A DNA stretch of 63,999 nt, the filler included, from Sphacelaria rigidula (taxonomy: Eukaryota): assembly GCA_964200075.2 (NCBI GenBank). It is 4 parts of 4 records of this genome, joined end to end, with 100 filler letters (N's around TTAATTAATTAA, not from the genome) between each part and the next. Parts side by side here need not be neighbours in the genome. Positions count along the whole stretch, not along the records: positions 32,132 to 48,092 come from CAXNAA020001539.1; positions 48,193 to 63,999 come from CAXNAA020001583.1; 2 more parts are not named here. The stretch is one strand, 5' to 3'. The position numbers and the translations under genes were made by a program. The stretch's first letter is position 1. Each line of letters opens with the position of its first letter. Below are positions 39,101-51,400 of the stretch, one piece after another. Below the pieces are notes generated by a model that did not search any database, had not been told where the DNA came from, and saw only the letters and a program-made list of their open reading frames with translations.

Positions 39101-42100
39101 CTGACCCAATCCGCGGGACCAAAATGAAGAGCGCGTACCGGGGGAGAGATGGGTTGATCCCCCGAGACCACGGACTCATCCCGAAGAAGGGGAGGGGTTC
39201 AAAAAAGTGCGAGGAAAAAAAAAAGGTATTCAGTAATCCTCACCTGACCTGTACTACCCGTGCGATTCGTACATATATGTCTGATGATGATCTGTATGAC
39301 CCGAGTATCGGTACATGATCTCCGTGGGCACACCTATGTAATCCGAATCAGGTGTACACGTCACGTCAAGAAGACCCTGTGTATCCTTACAACCCGTACA
39401 AGGTACCTCCCTCCTGATCGATGATATCCGGATTACGAGGACCGTTCCACGACTAGTTGCACTGTTTCACCCGAATCGGGTGCACAGGTGTGTCCACACT
39501 TGAGCTGTATGACCCGCATCCGATAGAAGGTGGTCCGTCCGACGTGTGCAAGTATGGCTCGATCTAACTGCTGATGTCGGATGCTATACCTCAACACTAA
39601 TGAATAATCATTTGCAATCAAAATGGCGGTCTCATTGTGCTTGTTTTGTGGGCGTCACACACATGTTCCCGTGAGGACGGGACGGGACCGGAATTTCCGT
39701 CCAGTCATCTTTTTGGCAACGGGGAAAGTACCTGTCCCGTTCCGTCCCGTCAGTTTCTTTCTGGCGGGAAATTGTTCCCGTTACGCCCCTTCTCTTAGTC
39801 CCGTGACAAGCCCGGTGGATTCCACGGGGATGAAGTGGTCCCGTCAGTTTCTTTCTGGCGGGAAATTGTTCCCGTTACGCCCCTTCTCTTATTCCCGTGA
39901 CAAGTCCGGTGGATTCCACGGGGATGAAGTGCCACATTTCAGCCCTTCCGACAGTGGTGAAACAAACATACACTTTCGAGCAACTCCCACGAGGTACCAT
40001 CGTCCAAAAGGACGACGTGTGTTCCGAATTCCAATCGAAGTCGGGCTCTTGCGTGCGGAGGTCCGGCGACCAAGTTTGCTCACCATAGATGACCCATGCA
40101 CACGCATAAAATAATCGTGGGCAACGAGTACCAACAAAAAGAGTCATGCACACCAACGCCCTGAAAGAGCCGTACACGCCAAACCCAACGACCGACGGCG
40201 ACCCATCGAAGCGGGAAAACAGATGGGAAGCTAGCACGAATAGTACTGTAGCAGTACCGCCGTCGATGGCGGGCGCTTGTGTACATAGTGTACAGCGTAC
40301 GCACGCATGCATGCAGACAGCATTGTACAACACATTGCCATACTTCAGGCAGTGATGCACACCCACTGGATGAGATGGAAATATTCTGATGGCGGGATGA
40401 TACATACATGGGGCGTCTTTCCACAAAATACAATCATCCCAAAGCCGAATCTCCGCACAATAGATAGATTCTGAAGGAATTTCTTACGCTTGACTCTTGG
40501 CCTGTACTGTGAGCGAAGTTCTGAAGTTTTGGCCGCAGCAAAAACTCGCAGAGACCAAGCGGAAAACACACAGAGGGGATGGGGGTATCGACAGTGCAGA
40601 CAGTACCATACGGTGCACCGTAGTATAGTGCTATTACTCCAGGGTGTTCCGTGTGTGCGGCTCTGCTTGATGTGCGGCAAAGTGCTGTACGGTGATGTTT
40701 GCATACACGCGTGCGTAAGCTGTACTCTTACTGCACACGCGCCTACCATTGATGACGGTATTGCTAATAGCAGTGCCATTTCCCCGCCTGTTTTCCCGCT
40801 TTCGATGGCTTGCCGTCGGCTGTGGGGTTTTGCGTGCATGGCTCTTTCAGGGTATTGACGTGCTGGTTCTTCTTGTTGCTATTCGTTGCGCACGATTATT
40901 TCATCTAGGTGCATGGGTCATCTGTCACGGGCAAACTCGGTCGCCGAACCTCCGCACGCAAGAATCAGACTTGGGTCGGAGATCGGATCACATGTCGTCC
41001 TTTTGGACAATGGTACCTTATGGGAGTTGCTCGAAAGTGTACCCGCCAACCATAATTTGTTTCGCCACCGTTTGAAGGGCTGAAATATGGCACTTCATCC
41101 CCTTGGAATGCGCCACATTCAGGTACAATTTCCGCCACGTTCAGGTACTGTACTCGCACGACGTTCAGATATAGGTTGGGGAGAAGAAACGAACAGGTTT
41201 TATGTGTGCCTGCCGGGTTTCCCACCACAATAAGGTACGCGGTGGTCTAGGCCGCTCACATGACTGGAAATGTGGCGAGCTTGTGCTACACGTGCACGAT
41301 GTACCTGAATGTGGCAGAAATGCGTCCCGATATACCTGCATCTGTCTTTTGCTCATGAAGAAAAATGCGCCTTCGGGTCATACAGCCCGGGCAGCAGTGA
41401 ACTACCAAAAGTAGGTTCCCTGCTACCGCACGGCCGCCCCGGAGAGGGCCGTGCGAGAGAACCGATCATTTCGCGCGCTACTGTAAGGTCATAGCCGACA
41501 CGGCCTGGTCGCGCCACATGTAGGGGACGAATGACGAAAAAATTCAAGAAAATAGCCAAGTTTTTTGTTCGATTGACCCGAGAGTTGGTGGGTGCGTTGC
41601 TCACACCGATGCGAAAACGACGATACCTGTTTCGACACCCAACTCGTCGTCGTTCGAAAGTCGTGTCGAAAACTGATATCGGGAAAACGTCCACCAGTAC
41701 GTGTGTCTGTCGAGGAATTCACCTTTTCACGTACAATAATGTGTGGATTTTTCAAGCGCTTGGAAATATACACGTATCTTGCAACATTCGCTCGGGGTTT
41801 GAGAGTCAAGATCTGAGATTTGAAGAGAGGAGTCAATCGACCGTTCGAAAGCTATGGCCAAGAGTACTTTTTTCCGTACTATTTTTTATTCCGCGGATAT
41901 AGGGGTGGTTCTATCTTTCGAAAATTCGGCCGAATAACCTAACTCCGTAGTGAATAAATAAAAATTGAAGCTCTCGAAGTCATGGTCTTCAAATGGTCAA
42001 CTCGCACCTCTCGTCGTTTTTTCATGTCCAAACTCTCAAACCTCGAGTGAAAAATCGCCGGTGACACTTTTTTCGTCTCGTACAGTGGGACCAGTCTATA

Positions 42101-45100
42101 GGGTTCATGTTTTCTATGTGGGTTTGCAGTGGTAGGCGAGGTCGGGTCACATAAAGGGCACGGCGGTAAAATCTTACAGGGGTTATGTTCTTTAGGGTAC
42201 GGGTATGTTCGTAAGGGTACGATATGTCTTGCAGAACTTACAAAACTGTCGAGTATGGTATGGAAGTTTTGCAGAAACCTTTACCCTCAATCAGGTATTT
42301 CTACAGGGGTATACCCGCACCCGGGTAAGGGTCAAAAATTTGTACAGAATTTACACAACTGTCGGGTACGGGTATTGCCTAGGCGAATACCCCGGGTATA
42401 CATAAAATTATGCCCTACAAAACATCACCTTGGAATACTTCGTTCGTGAAAAGCGCGAGGTTACAGTACATACATTTTCCACAACAAACAGCGAAAGGGG
42501 GACGTCGCGGTAAAGGCTCTGGGAGAAGGAGGAGGTCTGAAGCAGGTACACATATGCTGGAGAGTTTTGCCGCAGCGGTTAGGTGCTGGCTACTTTGGCC
42601 GACCAGATTGCGAAGTGATGGGCGGAATATACTAACGCGAGAGCTTGTATCTCTGATTCGCCCGAGTGTGTCCAGGGTTGTTAATCGTGTCGTGTAGCTG
42701 GTTATTTTTTTTCCAGATCAATCTAGACGTTTATTGGGAATTGGGACAGCCACAGCACCGAATGCTTGCTCGTTGGATTTTGATTGATTTGATTGATATT
42801 TGCACCTTAACGGAGTCATGATCCAGCCGTGGTCATTATCCACATGATAGACGTACCCGAGACAAAACAGAGCAGGATGAGCAGGATATGTATATATATA
42901 TGTGGATGATACATATTTGCAGTGACATATCACAACAGGAAATCATCGCCAGCCTCGGAGTGCCTTCGGCATCAGGACGATATCTCCTAAGATAGCCTCC
43001 TCCTTAGTCTGTCTATCCTAGCGATACGTCTTCCTCACATACATATATATATATATACGCCGGTAGTGCACGGGCTCGACAGTCAAGGTTGAACAATTCA
43101 CCAACGGGCGTACTCGAATGCACTTGGAGGTTCTACACGGGCCATTTGTTGTTTCACGTCCACTCCTTGAAATGTCGCGATGTTGCCTGGCTGCTTACTT
43201 TTGTGCGTGCATACGATCGCAGGTACTGCTGGAAGTTCCGTCACGAGTATGCTTGTGGTCTACACGAGATGGAGTCGTCAGCGTAAGTACCAAGGTTTTG
43301 TTCTGTAGTACATGCCCAGAAAGTGGAGAATCTTTGGCTGGCACACTTCGACTTCACGGTCGACGAGGGGAAGGAACTGGCTGAACCCCCCTCTCGCGAT
43401 AAAAAAAATAAGGCGAGCACCGCAGAAGGAAGATGGAGTACTTGAACAAGATAATAATTTAAAAAAAGTCCTGTGTTGGCCTTCCTCCTGTGTGACCCCG
43501 GCTGATGCGCCCACATGTACCGAAAGGTGTAGACGGGCGTCCAGAATTGATGGGATGACAACGCAACACACACGTACTAAACCGTACCGGAATGTGTGTC
43601 GAACATCCCAGTATGGTTCGGAAGGGCATTTACCGATGTAAAAAGTAACTATTTTATACCTCCGTAAATTCCCTATTAATAGCTTCAGCGGGTATGCTCC
43701 ACAGAACACGGCCTTGGTAAGTACCACTGCATCATCTCCACGGGGTGCCTTTTGTCGACTACGCTGGCACTGGTATGCTCTGAACGCTATAGCAGTACAT
43801 CATTCTACAGTACATACGCGCAGTATTGAGCAGCCCGTGGCTAGTTCATGACCGGCGCGCTCGTACAGAGCAACCGCGCACTAGCGATTGGATGTGAAGA
43901 TCTCATTGTTTCAGTCTGGCTGCCAAGCCCCCCGCTTGGCGGCTGAGCAGCAAATCCACAAGACTTGTGCGGCGTCTAAATGCACACACTAAAAATATAG
44001 CATACAGCCTACGACAACACTTATGCACGCTCAGGACGAATCAAATCGTGATTCAATTCATATTCATCATTCCAACGAATAAATGATACGATTCGTACAT
44101 CATTGCGATTCATACAGCTTTTCAGCTCGTGAGTCGTGCAGTACATGTCAAAGGTACCCGTTTCCTACCTTCCGTTCATAGGGGGTATATCATGGGCACA
44201 TATTCATCCCCTGTACTGCAATTTCAATTAATCGATTGTACATGCCATGCACTTCTCACCATCATGAGGCGGGAACGTCATGTACAACTTGCTTGACCGA
44301 GTCGTTCGAGGTGAACGCCCGTATATTTTTCTTACCTTCGGGTTAATGCGGGACCAACAATTTCATGAGGTTGAATCCTGTCATTTCATGGACCCTGATT
44401 CACGCGTACTTTTTCCCCATCTGTAATGCGCACAAGATGCCTGCACTGCATATGTGTTATCCACCCTCGACTCAGCGGGACCAACGATTTATACAGGTAG
44501 AATCCTGTAATTTCATGGGGAGTCAACTCGTGTTAACCCTGATTCATCCTAACCGTACACTCATGCATCCTCATCGACTTGTGCATACCGGCAAACAGGG
44601 TCTCCAGGGTCAAACCGATATGTGCTGGGAAGCTGCTGGTGACCTTAGAGAGCCGGCATCCGATGAAGATTATGCTAGAGGCCTCACCTGGGACGTCCGA
44701 CTAGCCGTGGCTCTTATGGAAGCCACCGCGGACATGCAAATCGGCGGGAAGTTCTGGAGCTACTACGGCCGTTTATTGCCTCCGCCACATACCGTTACTG
44801 TGGGTTGCCCTGTCGCCAGTATGCTGTTGTTGCTGCCATTAACCCAGTGATTCCTGACTGGCTGACTAAAAGCGTTCATAACTGGTATTGTTGTTGCTGT
44901 TGCTGCTGATTCTGTCGCTGATATTTGCCTAACAAGCCTGTCCTCGAGCCGTTAGCTACGTAATGGCATGTGGATACACTTTGACAGCTTGGCGTCCGTA
45001 CCTGACAGCGTTTGTATGTTGCGTCAGACGGAAATGCCATAGAACATACCTCAGTGCTCCTATATAAAGGCTTTGGCTAGGCTCGCTGGCAGAGCATAGC

Positions 45101-47257
45101 TACAACGCCCTCAAGTATCTCCCCACACACCCTCCAACACTACGGATTTCACCATACGTCTAACAACCATGTAACCACTACACGCCACAGGCTGCCCTCA
45201 TACTAAACACGCACACCGGTTCTCATGCCGACGGACTGTGAAGAACAACAAGCAACCATTTTACGATGACTGAACACCTCGACAATCGCCGGCTACCCCT
45301 CTACCGCCGCTGCTCCCCCGCCAATCCCACTCTCGTCCGAAAAAACACAAAATAAGGTCCCATTCTGCCTCCCGGAGCGCCTCTTGACCCAGCTGCACAA
45401 TCAAGGCATGGCAGCACGAGCGCGCAAGCAGATCGACCGGCTCAGGAACCTCTTCCCCGTCATGATGCAGACCCTGCTTTCTCACCCCCAAACTGCCCGC
45501 TACGCAAAAAAGCAAGGCGGCACGGCGGCGGCCGCGACCTCGGGGCAGGCAGAAGAGAGCGACGCTGCGCCCATGGCCCTCGCCTGGGCTTTCGCGATGG
45601 TGCGGAGCCGTGCTTTTGCCGCCGACAGCGATCTATTCGCCTTTGTACCGTTCCTGGTGAGCCCAGCCTATATATGAATAGTGTCTCACTGTACTTGTCA
45701 TGACCCTCACGGTGCGCGTCGTTATTGGGGCTGATTTGTGGGTTTTATATGTTCCGCCGCGAATTTCTGCTACATTGGCAGAGAACCGACCGCATGGCGA
45801 ACGGCATCGGCAGCATGATTACGAGAAACACGTCAACAACGCGATCTGCGGAGGCTGGGGGGGGGGCGGGAAAAGCTCTCACATTTAAGCTTGACCATGG
45901 CGCATTCCCGTATTCGTTTCTTGCTCAACACCTCCGGCTGCACGTGTTCTGGCTGCCACGTTGATCACACACCCCTGCAAAAGGGCTGTAAGAATACAAT
46001 GAAGAAAATCTGTGGAGGTTGCTGGCTGAATTCCCAGCGCTTCAGGGTCCATGTAAAATCCAGTAATGTGCTCCCCTATGCTCCAGGGTCTATCTGCTTA
46101 ACCCCCTGTTCCCCCCCCTCCTTCCCCCTCCCCGAACCCACTTGTGCGCCCTGCAGGACATGGCCAATCACGACTTCGCCCCGAGCACAAACTTCACTTA
46201 CGAAGACCCTGGAGTCTTCCGACTGCGAGCGTTGCGAGACATGGTCGACGGGGAAGAGGTGTCGCTGATATTATGCAAAAAGTGTTGCGTTGAATTCCGT
46301 GATCTCTCCTAGGGCGGAACACCAACAATATAATGTTACAGCAGTTGCTTTCCATACGGCAGCAGCCTGGTACCACGCGTCGTGATAGCGTTGATAGATG
46401 CTGCAAGCAAAACCTCTCAAAGGTTGCTCATCTTCTCTTCCGTCTCTCTGGATCTGGGCATCCCTCTAGGCAACCATATCGTACGGTCAGCAGCTGGATG
46501 CGGAGCAGCTCATGGTACAGTACGGGTTTCCTGCGCCACCGAACGCGAATCTCGCCCGTCCTCTCATGGATCCCAGCACACTCCGAAATCGCACCATCAC
46601 GAGCACCGCCACCTCCGTCCCCGCCACAGCCACGGGTGCGGCTAGTTCATTGAGTCGTAGGGAGTCTGGAGTATGCGATCTGGTAGCTTTTAGGGCAGTG
46701 CTAACTGTCGCGGAGTTTGGTCCCTCATGTTTTCATTTCAACCCGATCTACTTGGACACGCGAATGACACCTCATCTTGATTTTCACGATTGTTCCCAGT
46801 TTTTTTTTCTTACCTCTCAGCACAGGCCATGCTTCTGCGTTTGCATGCATGCGTGCGTCCATATTATGTGTTGGGGTGTCGCGGGTTAGTGGTGTGAGAT
46901 GTTTTTTTTTCCGGGTGCTGTGTTTGGCGTATTTTTCGTAGTCGTTTTTTGTTCATTCACAAGCCGCCCCCGTCCTTTCCCGTTGCCCTTTGTTCGTGTT
47001 CTTGAAAATTCATGCTACCTACCCATATATAGGAAAGGAAGGACACTCTTCGTTTTCTTTCTCTTCTTGGTCCCGTCTCTCAATCTACCTACCTTGCCGT
47101 CCGTACGTTCCCAGCAGAGCAAAAAGTAGAAGAGTGCGACGGGAAGGACGACTGGGAGGAGGTGCAGCGGCGAGCGCTGATGGACGACCTGTTCCGGCGT
47201 GCTCAGTACCAATTCGCGCAGAAGGCTGGTGACAAGGAGAGCGACTTCGAGATAAAG
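33110..47257 (+). CDS. Plastid-targeted SET-domain lysine methyltransferase (Rubisco LSMT/SETD3-like), 3'-truncated; exons 33110-33556, 43223-43282, 44599-44799, 45357-45656, 46157-46258, 46470-46635, 47115-47257
   Basis: Phase-compatible GT-AG exons give 473 codons. Motifs: signal peptide plus ASAF-like VVC-FT, MFDWL, GRRGLVVNDSVKQGE-VLLEVP, FWSYYGRLLP, WAFAMVRSRAF, FVPFL-DMANHD, LRDMVDGEE-ATISYG...LMVQYGF. Confidence 0.88.
34730..36262. repeat. Two inverted copies of a ~450-bp MITE-like repeat (34730-35190 and 35825-36262)
   Basis: ACGGACTGTGCAGCCGATGTACCCCGAACAACGGTTGAAGTCCTC is mirrored by GAGGATCAACCTTTGTTCGGGGGTGAATCGGCTGGACAGTCCGT, with further matches along the arms. Confidence 0.7.
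36750..37820. mobile_element. piggyBac-like non-autonomous element; related copy 50553-51189 in a ROCO intron
   Basis: Ends TCAA-CCCCTTTGGGAC / CCCAAAAGGG-TTAG. Both ends and about 350 bp of internal sequence match 50553-51189 in reverse. Superfamily inferred from CCC/GGG termini next to TTAA-like sites. Confidence 0.65.
38141..39548. mobile_element. hAT-type non-autonomous element (TIR CACACGTCGGACGGA; TSD CAATTATG/CAAGTATG) with an internal ~195-bp tandem duplication and a nested SINE
   Basis: Inverted termini, 7/8-matching TSD, internal repeats at 38505-38700 and 38700-38900. Confidence 0.8.
38913..39224 (+). mobile_element. tRNA-derived SINE (copy 2)
   Basis: A-box-like TGGTGTAACGG, B-box GGTTCGATTCC, poly-A tail; homologous to 24035-24353. 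Confidence 0.8.
39918..41105. mobile_element. Large foldback element, ~430-bp inverted arms
   Basis: 39918-40352 is a diverged reverse complement of ~40660-41105 (e.g. CACTTTCGAGCAACTCCCA / TGGGAGTTGCTCGAAAGTG). Confidence 0.85.
43310..43578 (-). repeat. Short interspersed repeat resembling an abundant brown-algal element
   Basis: Minus strand ...CAGCCGGGGTCACACAGGAGGAAGG...CCTTCTGCGGTGCT...CCCTCGTCGACCGTGAAGTCGAA. Recognised from memory only; single copy in this window. Confidence 0.5.
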
Positions 47258-48092
47258 GTAAGCGTGGAATCGCACTGCCAGTAGAGATATGAGAAGGTGT
47301 TGAATATAACAGAGTCGAAGCCCAACCCAACCCATCACCGTGTTTGGCTGTGCGATTGACCATTGCTCCGCGGTATGCTCCGCGTGATTGATCGCCTGTG
47401 AAAACATGGGAATGTGCTCCCCGCGTGAGTATTCTCGCGTGCGTTTTGTTATCAACACCCCGGTAGAGTCAGTGGACCTGCTTCAAAGCAGAGTCGCAGT
47501 GGTGTCCGGATGAACAATAAAGCGCTCATTGCTAAAGGCGGCGGCGCGGGATGGTTCGGGCGTTCTGGTTGTGAGTGCTTTGACGAAGGCTCACTTTTTT
47601 TTTACAAGCGCTGTGTTTACTGTCGTTTCACACTTCCTTTTGATAAGTAAGTTTTTTTTTTGGTACCAGTGTCATTGTGAGCAGGCATGATTTATTCTGC
47701 CCGCGTTTTCCTCTAGTGGATTCTAGAGCCAGGTAGTGCAAGACTGAAACCACTGCATTTTATCATAAAAATGCAAAAAGTTGCAAAGCCCCTCAAGAGG
47801 TAGTAGCTCTAACATAGTACAGTGCAGGAGAATATATGGCACGGGTACGGAAAACTCTCCTTGCAGAGATGCGGTATAACCCCTTCCCCCCCCGTCCCAG
47901 CTTTGTAGGGGCGGACCCCCGATGGGGTTGGCGTCGGTTGGCGATGACGCTATAAAACACGCCACTCACTGCGTAAGCTAGGCAACCAGCTTACCATTTT
48001 TTTTGCGCACTTGCGTTTTTTTCGCGGTAACCATGATGGTGGTCGAGCTAGATCATGTTGTGCGGCGTGAGAGAACCTCAACTCCGCACAAT

Positions 48093-48192
48093 NNNNNNNN
48101 NNNNNNNNNNNNNNNNNNNNNNNNNNNNNNNNNNNNTTAATTAATTAANNNNNNNNNNNNNNNNNNNNNNNNNNNNNNNNNNNNNNNNNNNN
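48093..48192. other. Artificial contig linker (44N-TTAATTAATTAA-44N)
   Basis: Same linker as at 15967-16066. Confidence 0.97.
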
Positions 48193-48281
48193 ACGGGTGA
48201 CAGCACACCTCGTACAGATAATTATTCATGCCCCAAATGAGCTGACCCGGATCTGTCACGACCTGATGCGTCCGACGTGTG
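48193..48281 (-). mobile_element. Terminus of the same hAT-type family as 38141-39548
   Basis: Reverse complement of 38141-38230; ends TCCGACGTGTG. Confidence 0.8.
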
Positions 48282-48404
48282 CAAGTACCTCCTGATGACA
48301 TTAATCAGATGCTACATATGCTGATGCTGTCAAAAATGCCAGAAAAGAAACGTGACCCCTCAAAAACTTCCTTCCCTATCTACGCCCCACAGGCCTCCTC
48401 TACA

Positions 48405-51400
48405 ATGGCTTCGACGGATCGTGACCTACTGCTTACCCTGATCCGTCGGGTTGAAAAGTCTCGGGACACCAATGCTGGTATCCCGAATTGGGAAGGGGTG
48501 ACATTCAACGACCAGGGCCGCGTCGTTGAGCTGGATCTGATCAGAAGAGGCCTCCGAGGTATTTCAAGGTCTACCCTGGGGCTTGACCTTTCCCCGACAG
48601 TTGGTTTACCGAAAATGGTTTTATCCATGAAATTGTAAATCTTGCAGCAAGCCACGCCGTTGATTTTTCACGCTCCTAAAGTGTGGAGCAACCGGTGGAC
48701 ATGCCTCGTATGTCCAGTCCCCACTGCGCTCGCACGCGGTCTGCACACCGAGACATGTCGCCACCTTTGTATCTCGCCTTGTTGCCCGCCTCCTTGAACA
48801 CGCGTCACCTGTACCCCACATGAAGTGTCTGACCGGTACGTGCCGCTGTTGGACAGCAGGCCTTCGTTACCGCCACTTTGAGGTGCTGCGATTCGTTGTT
48901 CTTGTCGTACTGTATGAGACCTATCAACTACAAATGTGACTCGCACCGACTCAGTAGCGTTGGTGATCGATTTCCTCGTTGACATGAACGCGCCAACCCG
49001 CAGACGCTTTTCACTGCCATGCCCAGGAAAACGTCGCAAACGCTGTGAACCCAGCGGTCCTCTCCCTTGCAAAATCGAATAAAAATCTTCAAAATATCGA
49101 CAGTTTTCCCCGTTGTATTTACAGCGGCAATGTTCACTTATGACACGACCTTATCCTTGTGTCTTCCAGTTGCAGCAGGTCGTACCCCCCTGAATTGAGG
49201 GATGCGTCTCTTGAACTGTTATCTCAAACTGTCGATTTTGTCGAACCATACGAGGTCGAACGGTTTTGGGTTTGAAATATTAAAGATCAGCCGCCGAAGA
49301 ATCGGACAGGAATATTGGACTGCGATTGTGCTGCTCAATATTGATTCATCTTCCATGAACTTCTGACTACAACTCAGGTAAAGTTGACCACCAATCAGGC
49401 AAAGATGAGAATATCGATCTTGTTCCCGTGCTCGATCAAATACCCACACTTTGAGGAAACATCATCCGCTGTATATACCGCTTGGGGTTTCGTATGGACC
49501 TGAGCATCGACCTTACTTCCGTACGGTGAAGCACTTACTTGACATGGCGTTCAATCATGGAGGAAAGATTGGCCCAGACCTTGGGGCTGACGGGCATCTT
49601 CCCCTCGAACGTTCTCCCGTGCAGGGTCTATACCCGAGGCGCTTGGGAATCTCGACGAACTGAGGATGCTGAGGCTAGAGAAAAACAGCCTCACGGGTGA
49701 GAAGTGATGCATTGAGGAGATTTGTATACTGAAAGATGTGCCATGCCTAAGCGAGTAGACCAATACATGGTGTAGCGCCACAGGCGAGACACAGTCGATA
49801 TTTCGGAGACCGACGGAAGCGTTGCGTTGACTTTCGTGTCTGCAGGACACATACCATCAAAACTTGGGGATCTCGACGCGTTGGAGCACCTCGATGCCAG
49901 CGTCAACAAGTTGAATGCTGAGTTTACAAGGTCGTGCAGCCCATTCTGTTTTTCCCATCACATATCGTGAAACGAGTCGGTCTGGCAACGCACACTTCGG
50001 CTAAAAAACACTTTGCACCCTCCCTTGCTCGGGGGTTCTCGAATTGCTTCTGTTGGTGTTGGGATCAGGGGCAGTTGATGTTCCTTGCAATGTTACCGAA
50101 CCTGTGAGCTTACAGCGCCGACCACAACTGCTGTTTTCCATGACATCGTCCCCCCAACCCCCATAAACATAAAGTGGAAACGTCGGTTTCGGACAGCGCT
50201 GTGGCTCAGTTGATAACATAAGCTGAAGGGGTACTACGCGATCAAGGTGCATTAGACCGAGGCCAGGGGGGCGTGATCCGGCTAGCACACGACGAAATCA
50301 ATCCATCATTATTCTCGAGTTTATTCTTCTCCTCAAAACACTGGAATCACTTTCCACGAATGTCGTGAATGAGTATTGCGTGATGATTCCCTCCTAACTA
50401 TTTCCGACTGTAATGATTCGGGAGTAACGATTAGACTGAAAATAATTCTGCCAGGCGGGCTGGTGGTGTCTCAAAAAACGACTGAAAATGAAGGTGACGA
50501 GAGTGGCTGATATATTACAGACCTGCCTTTCTCATCCCTAAAACAAATCAATCTCACCCCTTTTGGGGCCGCACCCCCACTAACACAGGGTTGACCTCGT
50601 GTTGGTGGAATAATCAAAAATATGTCTTCGAGCGACCCATTCAATCCCGGGAAGGCGGAATTCATCGACGAGACCCGGACGACCAGCACGACCAGCACGA
50701 GAGTTGATGTCGGATGTGATGCCACTGCAAAGATCGTGTGGGGGGCCCTATCCCCGGCCCAGATGAGCTTTGACAGGTTTCCCAATGCAGGGTGGTTGCA
50801 CATTGGTTTTATGGAATTACTTGCACTCAGTATACCCCTCACGAGCAACGAAGGGGGCAATGGCGGCCCGCCCCGACCACAAAGGAATGACGAGGTTATG
50901 GGGACGATAGTATCATCCAAAGCCACGAGTGACGGGCGGCCCGCCGGTCGCCGCATTTTGTTGGAAGCTTTCTACCGCGACACATACTGCTTGCTACATC
51001 AGATGTACACCACCTAATGCGCACCCTGCACCTGAAAACAGACCAGATAAAACTTTCGGTCTTCGTCGTAACCCCGCAGTTACATGGGCGGATTTTCAGC
51101 AACACTTCAGTGCTTCGTTGAGACGCGAGACACATCATTCCTCACCAGCCTCGTCAGTCGTCCTGGTGGCCCGGTCCCGCGGGGGTTGAAAAGGGGTATC
51201 CGGTATTTTTCTGTAATTTCTCTCCCAAGATAAACGATTATTCCGAAGTTGGGTATAGAAATTGTTTATTTTCACAGGTACGCTCTGGAAGTTAACCATA
51301 CAACTCGAACTCATGGAGAGTATATGTCCGAGTCGCGACCTGGTCATCATTCTGTCCAATTTTAGTTGGCGTTCGAGAGCAGAGCACACGGGATACATGT

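Noticed and set aside
47257-48405. Functional linkage or fusion of the SET gene with the ROCO gene
   Set aside because: They are separated by an artificial linker and lie on different contigs.
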